A stretch of 64,000 bases of DNA from an uncultured Bacilli bacterium. Its GTDB lineage: Bacteria; Bacillota_I; Bacilli_A; RF39; UBA660. Shown here piece after piece: positions 1-10,599 of this stretch. The position numbers were made by a program, and so were the translations under genes. The notes under the pieces were generated by a model. That model ran no database searches. It saw only the letters and a list, made by a program, of their open reading frames with translations, and was not told where the DNA came from. Positions within the stretch are counted from its first letter, which is position 1. Every line of letters starts with the position of its first letter. The stretch lies in contig CALVXM010000001.1 in assembly GCA_944371305.1 (NCBI GenBank), positions 39,600 to 103,599 of the forward strand. The letters run 5' to 3'.

Positions 1-190
1 ATTACTTACGCTATTCGGAAAATAAGTGTTGATAAAATCACTCAAAACAGGTATTTTTAAATTATTAGCAATAAAATCCAATATTCTTAAAAATATATCA
101 ATTATTCCAATATAATAAATTAAACTACTAAATTTTTTAAATATCATGACCGCTAAAGCGCCAAGCACTAAAACAATTACAACTACATCC
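1..190 (-). CDS. Partial CDS (start at 190, runs off window): small hydrophobic protein of unknown function
   Basis: RC of 1-190 reads ATG at 190 then MDVVVIVLVLGALAVMIFKKFSSLIYYIGII... with no stop before the window edge; no family recognised. Confidence 0.3.
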
Positions 191-193
191 ATT

Positions 194-766
194 TTATCCT
201 CTCAATTCTATATTAACTACATAACTAGGTAACTCAATTTTTATTTTAGTAATTGGTTCGTTATATGTTGTTATTTCTATGTTTTCTTCACTTTCAACTT
301 CATTATTATTAAATATTAGTTCATAATCGCTATATTTAACTAAATAAGTTTTACTATTTTCTAAATGATTAGTCGTCTTTAATACTCCCTTTTTTAATAA
401 GTTATAAATATTAACCGGAGTATAAACGCCAATTTTATAATCAGATAATTCAAATGGTTTTTCTTCTAAAAGATATTCTTTATCGTTATAAGTTATCAAA
501 TTAGTTAAAGAGTCATAAGTAAATGTTTCTTCAAAAACAAATTCTAATTTATAATCTTTAATATCTTTAATTACTTCAATTCCTTGTTCCTCTTTCTCTT
601 GTTCAGTAATCTCATCAGGTTCTTCTGGTATTTGCGTTTCATGAGTACCGTTAGAAATCAATATAAACACAAACATAAAAAATATGGCATAAATAATTAA
701 TATAGCTATTGCTCTAGTTCGTTTATTTGCCCACATTTTTTTAATAAATTGAATAGTTTCTTTCAT
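194..766 (-). CDS. Hypothetical signal-anchored protein (N-terminal TM helix, acidic linker)
   Basis: 190 aa ORF; hydrophobic segment AIAILIIYAIFFMFVFILI near N-terminus; no catalytic motif seen. Confidence 0.45.
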   Translation of the reverse strand: MKETIQFIKKMWANKRTRAIAILIIYAIFFMFVFILISNGTHETQIPEEPDEITEQEKEEQGIEVIKDIKDYKLEFVFEETFTYDSLTNLITYNDKEYLLEEKPFELSDYKIGVYTPVNIYNLLKKGVLKTTNHLENSKTYLVKYSDYELIFNNNEVESEENIEITTYNEPITKIKIELPSYVVNIELRG

Positions 767-1719
767 TCTAATACTTTTCCTACAATATCTTTATCTCTTA
801 ATCCATTAATAAAATCAATAGCACTCATCTTATTTCTTCCTTCAGGTTGAACAGTTTTTAAAACAATTTCACCATTACTTACTTTAACCCCAATTCCATC
901 TTTATAAATAGCCGTAATTTGACCATTAAAACCCATCGGATAATTTTCAGTTATGTAAGATTCCCACACCTTAAGAATTTTACCAGCAAATATACAATAA
1001 CTTCCTGGATAAGAATTTAATCCTCTTATTTGGTTATAAATTTGTCTTTTAGTTAAATCAAAATTAATTTTTTCATCACTTTTTTTAAGAGTAAAAGCGT
1101 ATGTTGCTAACGATGAATCTTGCTTAGTACGACTATTAGTACCATTTATAATACTAGGCAAAGTTTTTAAAAGCAAATCTCTTCCCAAAATAGTTAATTT
1201 ATCATGCAAACTACTAGCAGTATCAGTATCAGTTATTTCAATTTCCTCCTGGCTAATAATATCGCCTTCATCCATTCCCATATTCATGTACATAATAGTT
1301 ATCCCAGTTTTTTTGTGACCTTCAATAATAGCTTTATGAATTGGAGCGCCACCTCTTAATTTAGGTAATAATGAAGCGTGAACATTGATACAACCTAACC
1401 TAGGGCATTCTAATAACTGTCTTGGCAATATTTGTCCATAAGCACAAGTAATAATTAAATCTGGTTTCAAGTTAATAATTTCTTGATAATCTTCCTTAAT
1501 TTTTTCTGGTTGTAAAACCAATATGGCATGTTCATTAGCAACTTGTTTAATTGGCGAAGATGTTATTTGACCATGATTTCCTGGTCTATCTGGTTGAGTG
1601 ACTACTGCTCTTACCTTATAATGCTCTAACAACCCTTCTAAAACTGGAACCGCAAAAACTGGCGTTCCCATAAAAACAATTTGCAAATCTTTCTCAATTG
1701 TTATATTTGAATAATCCAT
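763..1719 (-). CDS. fmt: Methionyl-tRNA formyltransferase
   Basis: N-terminal IVFMGTP-FAVP-L motif, formyltransferase core HASLLPKLRGGAPI, 318 aa; adjacent to priA as in many Firmicutes. Confidence 0.9.
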   Translation of the reverse strand: MDYSNITIEKDLQIVFMGTPVFAVPVLEGLLEHYKVRAVVTQPDRPGNHGQITSSPIKQVANEHAILVLQPEKIKEDYQEIINLKPDLIITCAYGQILPRQLLECPRLGCINVHASLLPKLRGGAPIHKAIIEGHKKTGITIMYMNMGMDEGDIISQEEIEITDTDTASSLHDKLTILGRDLLLKTLPSIINGTNSRTKQDSSLATYAFTLKKSDEKINFDLTKRQIYNQIRGLNSYPGSYCIFAGKILKVWESYITENYPMGFNGQITAIYKDGIGVKVSNGEIVLKTVQPEGRNKMSAIDFINGLRDKDIVGKVLE

Positions 1720-1764
1720 GATATCACCTACAATAATTTTATCACGAAAAAAAGAAGAAGTAAA

Positions 1765-2361
1765 TTATATTATTACATCTTCTTCTTTTTTATCTTCAAA
1801 TTTTATTGGATTTTTTATCTCTAAATCAGTTTTAATAACTTTACGATTTTCTTCTATTACATCATATATTGGTTTTAATTTAAATTTTAATATTAAAGCT
1901 ATAATATTACTAGGAAATCTCCTTACCTTTTTATTGTACTTTAAAGTTGCTTCATTATAATATTTTTTAGAGGTTATTATTTCTTCTTCAACTAAATTAA
2001 ACTGTTTAATAGCATTTAAAAATACTGGATTTTGCTTCAAAATAATATTAGCATCTGCTACCTCCCATAATCTATCGATTAAATTATTTAATTCAACATT
2101 CATCTCTATACGTTCTTTAGAAGAAAGCATATTATAATCGTCTTTAATCAAAAATGTCATTCTTTGTAATGTATCTTTTTCCAAGTTATACCGACTAAAT
2201 ATATTTACTAAAGTAGGAATTAAATTAATTCTTTTCTTAAAAAAATTGTCAAGATTTAAAAATTCACGGTTGGACTTTTTATCTAAAAAATTTAGACTAT
2301 TATATGTTATATAAATATAACTTATAATTAAAATTATAACAATTAAAATAAATATCCACAT
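1765..2361 (-). CDS. lemA: LemA family membrane protein
   Basis: 198 aa, N-terminal TM helix, C-terminal YYNEATLKYNKKVRRFPSNIIALILKFK resembling LemA C-terminal FPSNIVAGMFGF signature. Confidence 0.65.
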   Translation of the reverse strand: MWIFILIVIILIISYIYITYNSLNFLDKKSNREFLNLDNFFKKRINLIPTLVNIFSRYNLEKDTLQRMTFLIKDDYNMLSSKERIEMNVELNNLIDRLWEVADANIILKQNPVFLNAIKQFNLVEEEIITSKKYYNEATLKYNKKVRRFPSNIIALILKFKLKPIYDVIEENRKVIKTDLEIKNPIKFEDKKEEDVII

Positions 2362-2393
2362 TTAAATCACCACTATTATTATAACACATTTTC

Positions 2394-4625
2394 TTATATT
2401 TTATTTGGATTAAAGTCAATTCCCACAATTACTTTACTATTTGAATATTTATCATTTATAAATTGTAAGTAAGGATATATTTTTTTAGTATCTTTGTATT
2501 TAATAATTATATGAAAATGATAAACATTATTTATTTTAGGGATAATAGCTGGGCTAGGTCCTAAAATAATTTCTTCGTCTAAATTTTGTCTTAAATAAGT
2601 TATAATCTTATTACTTTCATTTTCACATTTACTAATATCACTACCACTTATTTTAATTAAACATAAATTGTAAAAAGGAGGATATTTTAAAATTTTTCTC
2701 AAATGCATTTCTTCATTATAAAAGCCGATATAATCATGATTTTTAGCCAAAACTAAACTATAATGATCGGGATTAAAAGCTTGAATAATAACTTCACCTT
2801 TTAACATTCCCCTTCCAGCTCTACCCGATACTTGATTTAATAATTGAAAAGTCCGCTCAGCACTTCTAAAATCTGGAATATTTAAAGAAGCATCACCATT
2901 GATAACACCTACTAAAGTAACATTAGGAAAATCTAATCCTTTTGCAATCATTTGAGTTCCAATTAAAATATTGTATTTTAAATTTTCAAAATCAGTTATT
3001 ATTTTTTTATGAGCTTGTTTAGTTCTAGTAGTATCAACGTCCATTCTAAGTACTTTAGCCATAGGAAATTCTTTGATAACCTCTTCCTCTAACTTTTCAG
3101 TACCCATTCCTCTTTCATTAATATTTTTACTCTTACAAACAGGACAATTATATAATTTATTAGTTTCATAATTACAATAATGACAAACCATTTTTTTATT
3201 TTTTAAATGATAAGTTAAAGGAATATCACAATTAGGACATTTATGTGTAAAGCCACAATCGTTACAAGTAGAAATAGTAGTATAACCTCTTCGATTCAAG
3301 AGTAAAATAATTTGTTCATTATTGTTCAATTTTTCGTTTATTTTTTCTTTTAAAATCTTAGCAAAAATAAAATTTCCATTTTTGATTTCTTTTTTCATAT
3401 CAACCAAAGTAACATTAGGTAAATTTTGATTCACTCTTCGTTTCATTTCTAATAATTCATATACTCCTGCTTTAGCTCTTGTATAACTTTCAACCGATGG
3501 TGTTGCGCTCCCCAAAACAATCGGACATTGATGCCATTTAGCACGATATAATCCAATATCAATCGCATTATACCGTGGATTATTTTCCTGTTTGTAAGTA
3601 CTCGAATGTTCCTCATCGATAATGATTATTCCTAAATTTGAAAGTGGGGCGAAAACAGCACTTCTAGCTCCAATAACTATTTTCACTTCATTTCTTTCAA
3701 TTTTTCGCCACTCATCATATTTTTCACCATTACTTAAATGACTATGTAATATAGCTATATCATTACCGAACCTTTTTTTAAAAGTTTCAACTAATTGTGG
3801 TGTCAAACTAATTTCAGGTACTAAAATCAATGCTTGTTTATTATTTATAACTTTTTGAATTAATTGCATATATACTTCGGTTTTACCAGAACCAGTAACT
3901 CCATGTAATAAATATGGTTTAAATTCATTTAATTTAATTTTAGAAATAACTTGCTTTTGTTCTTCAGTCAAAGATTTACTAGTTTCTTTTTCTAAAACCT
4001 CTTCATTTAGACGATAAACTTCCTTATAATATTTTTCAATTATACCTTTTTTTAATAGTTTATCAATTGTGTATTGTGATGTTTGTTTAGCTTCTTTTAA
4101 AGAAATATCATGATTATCTAATAAATTCATGATAATTTCTTCATTTTCATTAGTAGGACTATAATCTTTAACTTTTCTTAAAAACAAAACTTTTTTCACA
4201 TTTATTTTAAAATTTTTTTTAGCTTTCAAAGCAGTTGGTAACATAGTTTGATAAGCACTAGTTAAGGTACATAAAGTTTTTTTACTAATATATTTTCCTA
4301 GTTCTAGTAACTCTTTATTTAAAACTGGTTTTTCATCAACTAATTCGCTTATTTCCTTCAATTCATAATCACAAGGTTGGTATTTTTTGATATTTATCAC
4401 AAAGCCTTCCAAAGTTTGTTTACCAAATGGCACCAAACAACGACAACCTATTTGAATATTTAAATTTTCTGGAATCAAATAAGAGAATGTTTTATCAATT
4501 TTTTTAATTTCCACTAAGATATCTGCAATCATCATCTCACCAACTTTTATTTTAACATCCAAATATATGTTTGTCAAATAAGAATTCATTATTTCATAAT
4601 TAAAAAAATAGAATTTTAGTAGCAT
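2394..4625 (-). CDS. priA: Primosomal protein N' (replication restart helicase PriA); true start probably an internal Met (MIADILVEI...)
   Basis: Walker A LLHGVTGSGKTEVY, DEEH box IIIDEEHSSTY, Cys4 zinc-binding insert CNDCGFTHKCPNCD...CHYCNYE, 3'-DNA-binding N-terminus. Confidence 0.9.
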   Translation of the reverse strand: MLLKFYFFNYEIMNSYLTNIYLDVKIKVGEMMIADILVEIKKIDKTFSYLIPENLNIQIGCRCLVPFGKQTLEGFVINIKKYQPCDYELKEISELVDEKPVLNKELLELGKYISKKTLCTLTSAYQTMLPTALKAKKNFKINVKKVLFLRKVKDYSPTNENEEIIMNLLDNHDISLKEAKQTSQYTIDKLLKKGIIEKYYKEVYRLNEEVLEKETSKSLTEEQKQVISKIKLNEFKPYLLHGVTGSGKTEVYMQLIQKVINNKQALILVPEISLTPQLVETFKKRFGNDIAILHSHLSNGEKYDEWRKIERNEVKIVIGARSAVFAPLSNLGIIIIDEEHSSTYKQENNPRYNAIDIGLYRAKWHQCPIVLGSATPSVESYTRAKAGVYELLEMKRRVNQNLPNVTLVDMKKEIKNGNFIFAKILKEKINEKLNNNEQIILLLNRRGYTTISTCNDCGFTHKCPNCDIPLTYHLKNKKMVCHYCNYETNKLYNCPVCKSKNINERGMGTEKLEEEVIKEFPMAKVLRMDVDTTRTKQAHKKIITDFENLKYNILIGTQMIAKGLDFPNVTLVGVINGDASLNIPDFRSAERTFQLLNQVSGRAGRGMLKGEVIIQAFNPDHYSLVLAKNHDYIGFYNEEMHLRKILKYPPFYNLCLIKISGSDISKCENESNKIITYLRQNLDEEIILGPSPAIIPKINNVYHFHIIIKYKDTKKIYPYLQFINDKYSNSKVIVGIDFNPNKI

Positions 4626-4724
4626 TTCTTTTAATATTTTTAATTATTTTCAAATTAAATTGGACTTTATCATTCAATTTTCAAATTAAATTACATATTC
4701 TATATATAGAATTGAGGTGATTTC

Positions 4725-5564
4725 ATGGGAAACGATATATATCAAAATGCCATGTGTAAAATTGAACAAGATCAAAAATGTAAACCTTCTTGTGTAACTT
4801 GCGTCGGAGCAACCGGACCTACTGGGCCGACCGGACCTGCTGGTCCAACTACAGTAGCAGTTGGACTTACAACTACTGGTATACCGGGTTCTAACGCTAC
4901 TGTTACCAATGCAGGAACCAATACTAATGCTATTTTCGATTTTGTTATTCCTGCCGGTGCGACCGGTGCAACCGGGCCGACTGGACCTACTGGACCACAA
5001 GGTATTCAAGGTATTCAGGGTATTCAAGGAATAGCGGGAGCAACTGGAACCCCTGGAGCGACTGGAGCGACTGGACCTACTGGGCCTGCCGGAGCATCTG
5101 GTGCAACTGGAGCGACTGGACCTACTGGACCAACTGGACCTAGTATTACACCAACATTTACAATAGGGACTGTTTCAACTGGAGCCCCTGGTTCTACAGC
5201 TACCGCTTCTATAACTGGTACATCTCCTAATTTCTTCTTAAATTTAACTATACCTGCTGGAGCGACTGGACCTACTGGAGTATCTGGCGCTACTGGACCT
5301 ACTGGACCTGCTGGAGCATCTGGCGCTACTGGACCTACCGGGCCTGCTGGAGCATCTGGCGCTACTGGGCCTACCGGACCTGCTGGAGCATCTGGTGCTA
5401 CTGGACCTACTGGACCTGCTGGAGCATCTGGTGCTACTGGACCAACTGGACCTGCTGGAGCATCTGGTGCTACTGGACCTACCGGACCTGCTGGAGCATC
5501 TGGTGCTACTGGACCTACCGGACCTACTGGACCAACTGGACCAACTGGACCTACCGGACCATAA
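4725..5564 (+). CDS. Collagen-like triple-helix repeat protein (Gly-X-Thr repeats); no signal peptide and no C-terminal globular domain
   Basis: Long runs of [16 protein letters not shown]; short non-collagen N-terminus with Cys cluster [10 protein letters not shown]; ends in GPTGPTGP then stop and an intrinsic terminator. Confidence 0.75.
   Translation: MGNDIYQNAMCKIEQDQKCKPSCVTCVGATGPTGPTGPAGPTTVAVGLTTTGIPGSNATVTNAGTNTNAIFDFVIPAGATGATGPTGPTGPQGIQGIQGIQGIAGATGTPGATGATGPTGPAGASGATGATGPTGPTGPSITPTFTIGTVSTGAPGSTATASITGTSPNFFLNLTIPAGATGPTGVSGATGPTGPAGASGATGPTGPAGASGATGPTGPAGASGATGPTGPAGASGATGPTGPAGASGATGPTGPAGASGATGPTGPTGPTGPTGPTGP
5275..5526 (+). repeat. Tandem 36-bp repeat (about 7 near-identical units, ggagcatctggYgctactggRccWacYggRcctgct) encoding [12 protein letters not shown]
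   Basis: Direct reading of sequence; units differ only at synonymous third positions; explains spurious antisense ORFs 4686-5027 and 5244-5579. Confidence 0.85.
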
Positions 5565-5600
5565 TATATAGCAATTCATAAACTTTTAAAGATTACCTTA

Positions 5601-5645
5601 AAGACTCTATTGATTTTGATAGAGTCTTTATTATATTTTTTTTAA
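5601..5645 (+). terminator. Rho-independent terminator of collagen-like gene
   Basis: Hairpin aagactctat-tgattttg-atagagtctt followed by T-rich run. Confidence 0.7.
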
Positions 5646-5673
5646 TATTATACATACTAATGATGGTGATATT

Positions 5674-6360
5674 ATGAAACCAATAATTGGAATAGTAGGA
5701 ATTGATGAAGTAAAAAATGACAAAAATATTATTTGTATATTTGAAAATTATCGAAAAGCAATCATAAAATATGGTGGAACACCTATTTTAATCCTTCCTC
5801 CCAAATTAATCGATTATCATGACTTTAAACCCAAAGATACGGGAAAATTAACTAAAGATGACAAAGAAATTATAATAAATCAATTAAATTTATGTAATGG
5901 CATCATTATTCCAGGAGGATCAAGAAGATTTGAACATCATAATTTTATCTGCGATTACTGTAATAAAAAAAGAATCCCCATTCTAGGAATTTGTATGGGA
6001 ATGCAAACTATGTGTAATTATGACAATAACAATCAAAATGTTAACATCAATAATATTTTTCACAATAGTAAAAAAAACTATAAACATTTAGTTACAATTG
6101 AAAAAAATTCTAAATTATTTGATATATTGAAAGAAGAAAAAATCTTAGTTAATAGTTTCCATGACTATAAAGTTGAAAATAGCGGTTCTTATAAAGTAGC
6201 GGCAACTTGTAACGATGTTATTGAAGCAGTTGAAAAAAAAGAAGACCCCTTTAATATTGGGGTTCAATGGCATCCTGAAAAAAACTATGATAAAGATTTA
6301 AATAGTAATAAAATCTTTACCGAATTTATTAGGTGCGCTAAATCATACTATCACGAGTAA
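5674..6360 (+). CDS. Class I glutamine amidotransferase-like hydrolase, peptidase C26 / gamma-glutamyl hydrolase (PuuD-like) family
   Basis: Nucleophile elbow ILGICMGMQ, C-terminal VQWHPE His motif, 228 aa. Confidence 0.75.
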   Translation: MKPIIGIVGIDEVKNDKNIICIFENYRKAIIKYGGTPILILPPKLIDYHDFKPKDTGKLTKDDKEIIINQLNLCNGIIIPGGSRRFEHHNFICDYCNKKRIPILGICMGMQTMCNYDNNNQNVNINNIFHNSKKNYKHLVTIEKNSKLFDILKEEKILVNSFHDYKVENSGSYKVAATCNDVIEAVEKKEDPFNIGVQWHPEKNYDKDLNSNKIFTEFIRCAKSYYHE

Positions 6361-7267
6361 AAACATCGACATTATCTAATGTGTATATATCAAGTACACT
6401 TTTTTTATTTGTCTTAATAAAACATAATCCTTTAATTACAACATCATTATGATTAACTTCAACAGTTGTTTTTTTCAAATTATTAATCGCAATTTTTTTG
6501 TAAAATCTTTTAATTTTTAAATCATTAGAAATATAAAAAGTCAAATCGATATCTTTAGCTTCTATTTTTAAATATTTATCAACTATTAAAGTTTGAAATC
6601 CTTTTATTTGATAAGTAATCGGTTTAATTTCTTTTTTAGGAATTATTTTTTTCAATTCATTTCCTTCAACGTAATTAGCTATATCGCCATCATCTAACAA
6701 ACCGGGGGTATCAACTAAAGTAAAATTTTCTAATTTTATTGAAATAGTATTTAAAGTTGTACTAGGCATAGGACTAGTTGTTATCTCAGTTTTATTATTA
6801 GAATAATTGTAAATAAGTTTATTAATCATTGTTGATTTGCCAGCATTGGTAAATCCAACCACATAAACTTTATCTGATTTTTTATATTTATTAATCATTT
6901 CTAATAAATTATCAAAATTATAATTTTTTTTGCTACTAATTATAATCTTATCAATCACATCTATTTTATAATCATAATCATATAATTTTTCAAATGAAAT
7001 ACTTTTTGGTAATAAATCTCTTTTGGTTAAAACCAATATTATATCATTTTTTAAATATTTTCTAATCAAAGATAAATTTCCAACATTAAACAAATCAACT
7101 ACTAATAAAACTAAATCATGACTCTTATTAACATTTTGTAAAATAGGAATAAAATCACTATTATTTTTAACAATTACTTGATATTCACTATAATGTTTAA
7201 TTCGAAAACATCTTTCACAAAGTCCTTCATTTGAAGTTAATTCACCACATCCAAAACATTTATTCAT
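6338..7267 (-). CDS. yqeH: Ribosome biogenesis GTPase YqeH (circularly permuted GTPase with N-terminal zinc ribbon); start taken at internal MNKC, ORF-track start at 7294 is probably too long
   Basis: CFGCGELTSNEGLCERC zinc ribbon; permuted G-motifs TKRD, VVGFTNAGKSTMINKL, DTPG; 8-nt overlap with upstream yqeG as in Bacillus. Confidence 0.8.
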   Translation of the reverse strand: MNKCFGCGELTSNEGLCERCFRIKHYSEYQVIVKNNSDFIPILQNVNKSHDLVLLVVDLFNVGNLSLIRKYLKNDIILVLTKRDLLPKSISFEKLYDYDYKIDVIDKIIISSKKNYNFDNLLEMINKYKKSDKVYVVGFTNAGKSTMINKLIYNYSNNKTEITTSPMPSTTLNTISIKLENFTLVDTPGLLDDGDIANYVEGNELKKIIPKKEIKPITYQIKGFQTLIVDKYLKIEAKDIDLTFYISNDLKIKRFYKKIAINNLKKTTVEVNHNDVVIKGLCFIKTNKKSVLDIYTLDNVDVFTRDSMI

Positions 7268-7790
7268 AATATTTTCCTTTAGTAAATAAATCATTATCTC
7301 TCAGTTTTTTTAAAATTCTCTTTTCAAAATGACGGTTAATTTTAGTTGGTTTACTTTCTTTAGTACCAATCGGATTAACTAAAATGGTTGTAATACCAAC
7401 TTTGTTACCACCTTGAATATCAGTTATTAACTGATCACCAATGCAAGCAACATTAGCTACGTTAAGTTTATACTCATCTAACACTTTAAGATACTTTTTC
7501 TTAAATGGTTTCATTGCTAAAGCACAACAATCAACATCTAATTCATCTTTAAATGGTTTTACTCTAGTCTTTCGACTATTTGAAAAAATGATAATTCTAA
7601 AACCTTTGGTTTTTAAGTCATCAAATAATTCTTTTATTTTTTTATTAGGTTTTTTCATGGTAATTGGTACAATTGTGTTGTCTAAATCTATAAGTAAACA
7701 TCTTATACCACGATTATATAAAGTATCATAATTGATAGTGTAAATACTTTTTTGATAAATATCTGGAATATATTTCTCCATATCCAACAA
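7260..7790 (-). CDS. yqeG: HAD-superfamily (subfamily IIIA) phosphatase YqeG
   Basis: HAD motif I LLIDLDNTIV, motif III GDQLITDIQGGN, 176 aa, immediately upstream of yqeH. Confidence 0.75.
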   Translation of the reverse strand: MLDMEKYIPDIYQKSIYTINYDTLYNRGIRCLLIDLDNTIVPITMKKPNKKIKELFDDLKTKGFRIIIFSNSRKTRVKPFKDELDVDCCALAMKPFKKKYLKVLDEYKLNVANVACIGDQLITDIQGGNKVGITTILVNPIGTKESKPTKINRHFEKRILKKLRDNDLFTKGKYYE

Positions 7791-7869
7791 CTCCTATTAA
7801 TAATTATATCAATTTATTTAATAAATTTAAAGAGTTATTAAATAAAAACTAATAACTTTTCTAGTAAAA

Positions 7870-8575
7870 TTATGAAAGAATCGCCCTTGAACTATAATAG
7901 ATAGAATTACTACCGTTGTTATAGAAAAAAGCAAATATTCCACCGCCAGGTCCATTAGCATAATGACTGCTACGAAGAACCCAAGAAGTATTAGAATTTA
8001 AAGAATATGAATGCTCTTCATACCAACCACCAATTATAGTTCCTAAAATTGTTAAAGTTTCTTTAGTCGCATCACCTAATTTACCTCTTGAATGCGTTAA
8101 ATTATTAGTTGCATCATATGTATAACTATCATAATACTTAGTTACTAAAACTTGCACCTGAAGAAAGGAAATTACCATTGGCATTAACCATACTACCCAT
8201 TCCATATTCTTAATCACGTGATAATCGCCATTAATTTTATAATTATTAGCAATATTTTTTATCTAATTTCTCGCTGGTTTAACAAGGATTTAAAACTACA
8301 CCTTAATCTTGATGATAAATGACATTATGCAAGTAATTCTATTTCCAAAAGTTTCAATATTAGCTAAAAATACTTCGTTGATAACTGGTATTTGTCCTTC
8401 AATTTGCTCATTATAATAAGTTTCTCTAATCGCTTTAGCATATCCCTCAATACTTCTTTTATTCGCACTATCGCGTGACTGTTCAATTACATTTAATTAG
8501 TATCGCAATTAAAGCAATAATAGCTAATATGATCATAACTGCTAATAATTCGACTAACGTAAACCTTCTAACCTC
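7870..8575 (-). pseudogene. Degraded prepilin-type N-terminal domain gene (pilin-like family member A): no start codon, Gly(-1) replaced by Arg, at least two frameshifts
   Basis: RC of 8500-8575 reads RRFTLVELLAVMIILAIIALIAIL then stop; the next frame continues EQSRDSANKRSIEGYAKAIRETYYNEQIEG...; ORF 7870-8217 carries the C-terminal part (..SWVLRSSHYANGPGGGIFAFFY) resembling the C-termini of the other paralogues. Confidence 0.6.
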
Positions 8576-10530
8576 TAACTATCTATCCTTTTACCATCCC
8601 TAATCACATATTCCTCTTTAGTCTTAGCATCAAATACATAAGTTGCCTGATTAAATTCAATATTATCAAAATCTTTTAAAATTTTAATATTATTAACTTT
8701 ATTAAAAACTTTATCTAATTTCTCTTCGATTTGTTCTTTCGTAAATGGTTTAGCAATATAATCGATAAAACCTTGTTCAATATATTTTTCTTTTGCTCCA
8801 GAAATAGCGTCAGCCGTTAAAGCTATTACTGGGGTATTAAAGTCTGGTATCTCTTTTAATTTTGCCATTGCTGTTACTCCACTCATATTTGGCATCATAA
8901 TATCCATTAAAATTAAATCATATTGTTGACCACTATTAATTTTATTTAAACATTCAATACCATCATAACATTCATCAATTTCAAATCCAAAACCAGCTAT
9001 AGCCAGTTTAGCTACTTTGATATTTAATTTATTATCGTCGACAATTAATACTTTTTTATGACCATAATTTTTAATAACATTGTTTTTAACAATTATATTT
9101 TCATCCAATGGTTCTTCTAGCTTACTTATTTTTTGAGGTATTTGAACAATAAATAACGATCCTTGTCCAAATTGACTTTGAACATTTATCTTTCCATTCA
9201 TCATTTCAACTAATGATTTAGTAATAGCTAGACCTAAACCGGTTCCTTCAGTAGTAGTATTTCTTTCTACATCCAATCTTTCAAATTTGTTAAATAATTT
9301 ATTTATTAATTCTGCTTTAATTCCTCTTCCTGTATCTTGAACACTAATTATTAAATTGCATAAATCATTTTTATTAATACATCTTACATTTAAATTAATA
9401 CTTCCTTGTTCAGTATATTTGATAGCATTAGACAATAAATTATTGATTATTTGTTTAATATGAATCTTATCACCAATTAATTCATATGGTACATCAGGAG
9501 CAATACTTATTTTAAATTCGATTGGTTTAGTCCCAATTCTTGTTAATGTTACCTTACATAAATTAGTTATTTCTTTTCTAAAATTATAAGGACTATTTTC
9601 TATTTCTATTTTCTCGGCCTCAATTTTATTGATATCTAATATGTTACCTACTATTTCAAGTAATGTTTGACTAGCATTCTGAATATCGATTGAGTCTTCG
9701 ATTACTTCTTTAGGAACACGATCTTTATAATTAGTTATATCAAAAGAAAGTCCGACGATTGCATTTAAAGGGGTTCTGATTTCATGCGACATACTAGATA
9801 AAAAATCTGATTTAGCTCGATTCGCTTTTTCTGCTTGATTTTTAGCTAAAGTCATTTGAGCTAACATCTTTACGTCCGGATTTTCAATTGTAAAATACAT
9901 TGTTACACATATCAAAGTTTCAACATAAGTCATAAGTAAAATTTGTGGATATTTCATCTGAATAGCCATCGCAATGCCTCCGATAGCTAAAAATATAAAT
10001 ACTGGAATATATTTTCTATTTTTTAATTTTTTTATATTAGTTAACAATAAAATTATTATAATAGCTATTAAAACACCTGATATAAAATACGTAAATAAAA
10101 CACTAACGCCAGCTGTATATCGTATGTTAAAATCATCTTTAATAATTATATCTATTGGTAAAACAAATAAAATCAAAGCCATAATAACATAGTAAATAAA
10201 AAATATAATATATCTTTTCTTATCTACTATTAATTCATTTCTTATCACACTAAATATATAATACGCGAATGTCGAAATCCACAAGATTAAATAAAGCAAA
10301 TAAGATTTATAAATTAGTTCACTAATCAAAGGATAATCTTTATAAATGTATGAAGCATAAGTACACAACATCTCGATAATCAATCCAAATAAATTTGAAA
10401 TTATTAAAACTTTAAATATTTTGGTTTCCTTACTATCTACATGTCCTTTAACAAAAAATAAAATTATAATTAAAATACTAAAAGGTATTGCACATAGAGG
10501 AAAATATATTCCACTTCCCATAATCTTCAC
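8575..10530 (-). CDS. Hybrid sensor histidine kinase (polytopic membrane sensor, HisKA, HATPase_c, C-terminal receiver domain)
   Basis: About 6 N-terminal TM helices; H-box [15 protein letters not shown]; G-boxes DTGRGI / GTGLGLAI; receiver LIVDDNKLN...ILMDIMMP. Confidence 0.85.
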   Translation of the reverse strand: MKIMGSGIYFPLCAIPFSILIIILFFVKGHVDSKETKIFKVLIISNLFGLIIEMLCTYASYIYKDYPLISELIYKSYLLYLILWISTFAYYIFSVIRNELIVDKKRYIIFFIYYVIMALILFVLPIDIIIKDDFNIRYTAGVSVLFTYFISGVLIAIIIILLLTNIKKLKNRKYIPVFIFLAIGGIAMAIQMKYPQILLMTYVETLICVTMYFTIENPDVKMLAQMTLAKNQAEKANRAKSDFLSSMSHEIRTPLNAIVGLSFDITNYKDRVPKEVIEDSIDIQNASQTLLEIVGNILDINKIEAEKIEIENSPYNFRKEITNLCKVTLTRIGTKPIEFKISIAPDVPYELIGDKIHIKQIINNLLSNAIKYTEQGSINLNVRCINKNDLCNLIISVQDTGRGIKAELINKLFNKFERLDVERNTTTEGTGLGLAITKSLVEMMNGKINVQSQFGQGSLFIVQIPQKISKLEEPLDENIIVKNNVIKNYGHKKVLIVDDNKLNIKVAKLAIAGFGFEIDECYDGIECLNKINSGQQYDLILMDIMMPNMSGVTAMAKLKEIPDFNTPVIALTADAISGAKEKYIEQGFIDYIAKPFTKEQIEEKLDKVFNKVNNIKILKDFDNIEFNQATYVFDAKTKEEYVIRDGKRIDS

Positions 10531-10599
10531 TTCCCCGTATCATAATTATAACATTAATAAATTAATATGTAAATTAAAAAAAGAATAACAGCAGTTATT

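Noticed and set aside
4686-5579. Minus-strand ORFs 4686-5027 and 5244-5579 with Ser/Arg-rich translations
   Set aside because: These are antisense artefacts of the GC-rich collagen repeat, and the sense strand carries the promoter-ORF-terminator arrangement.
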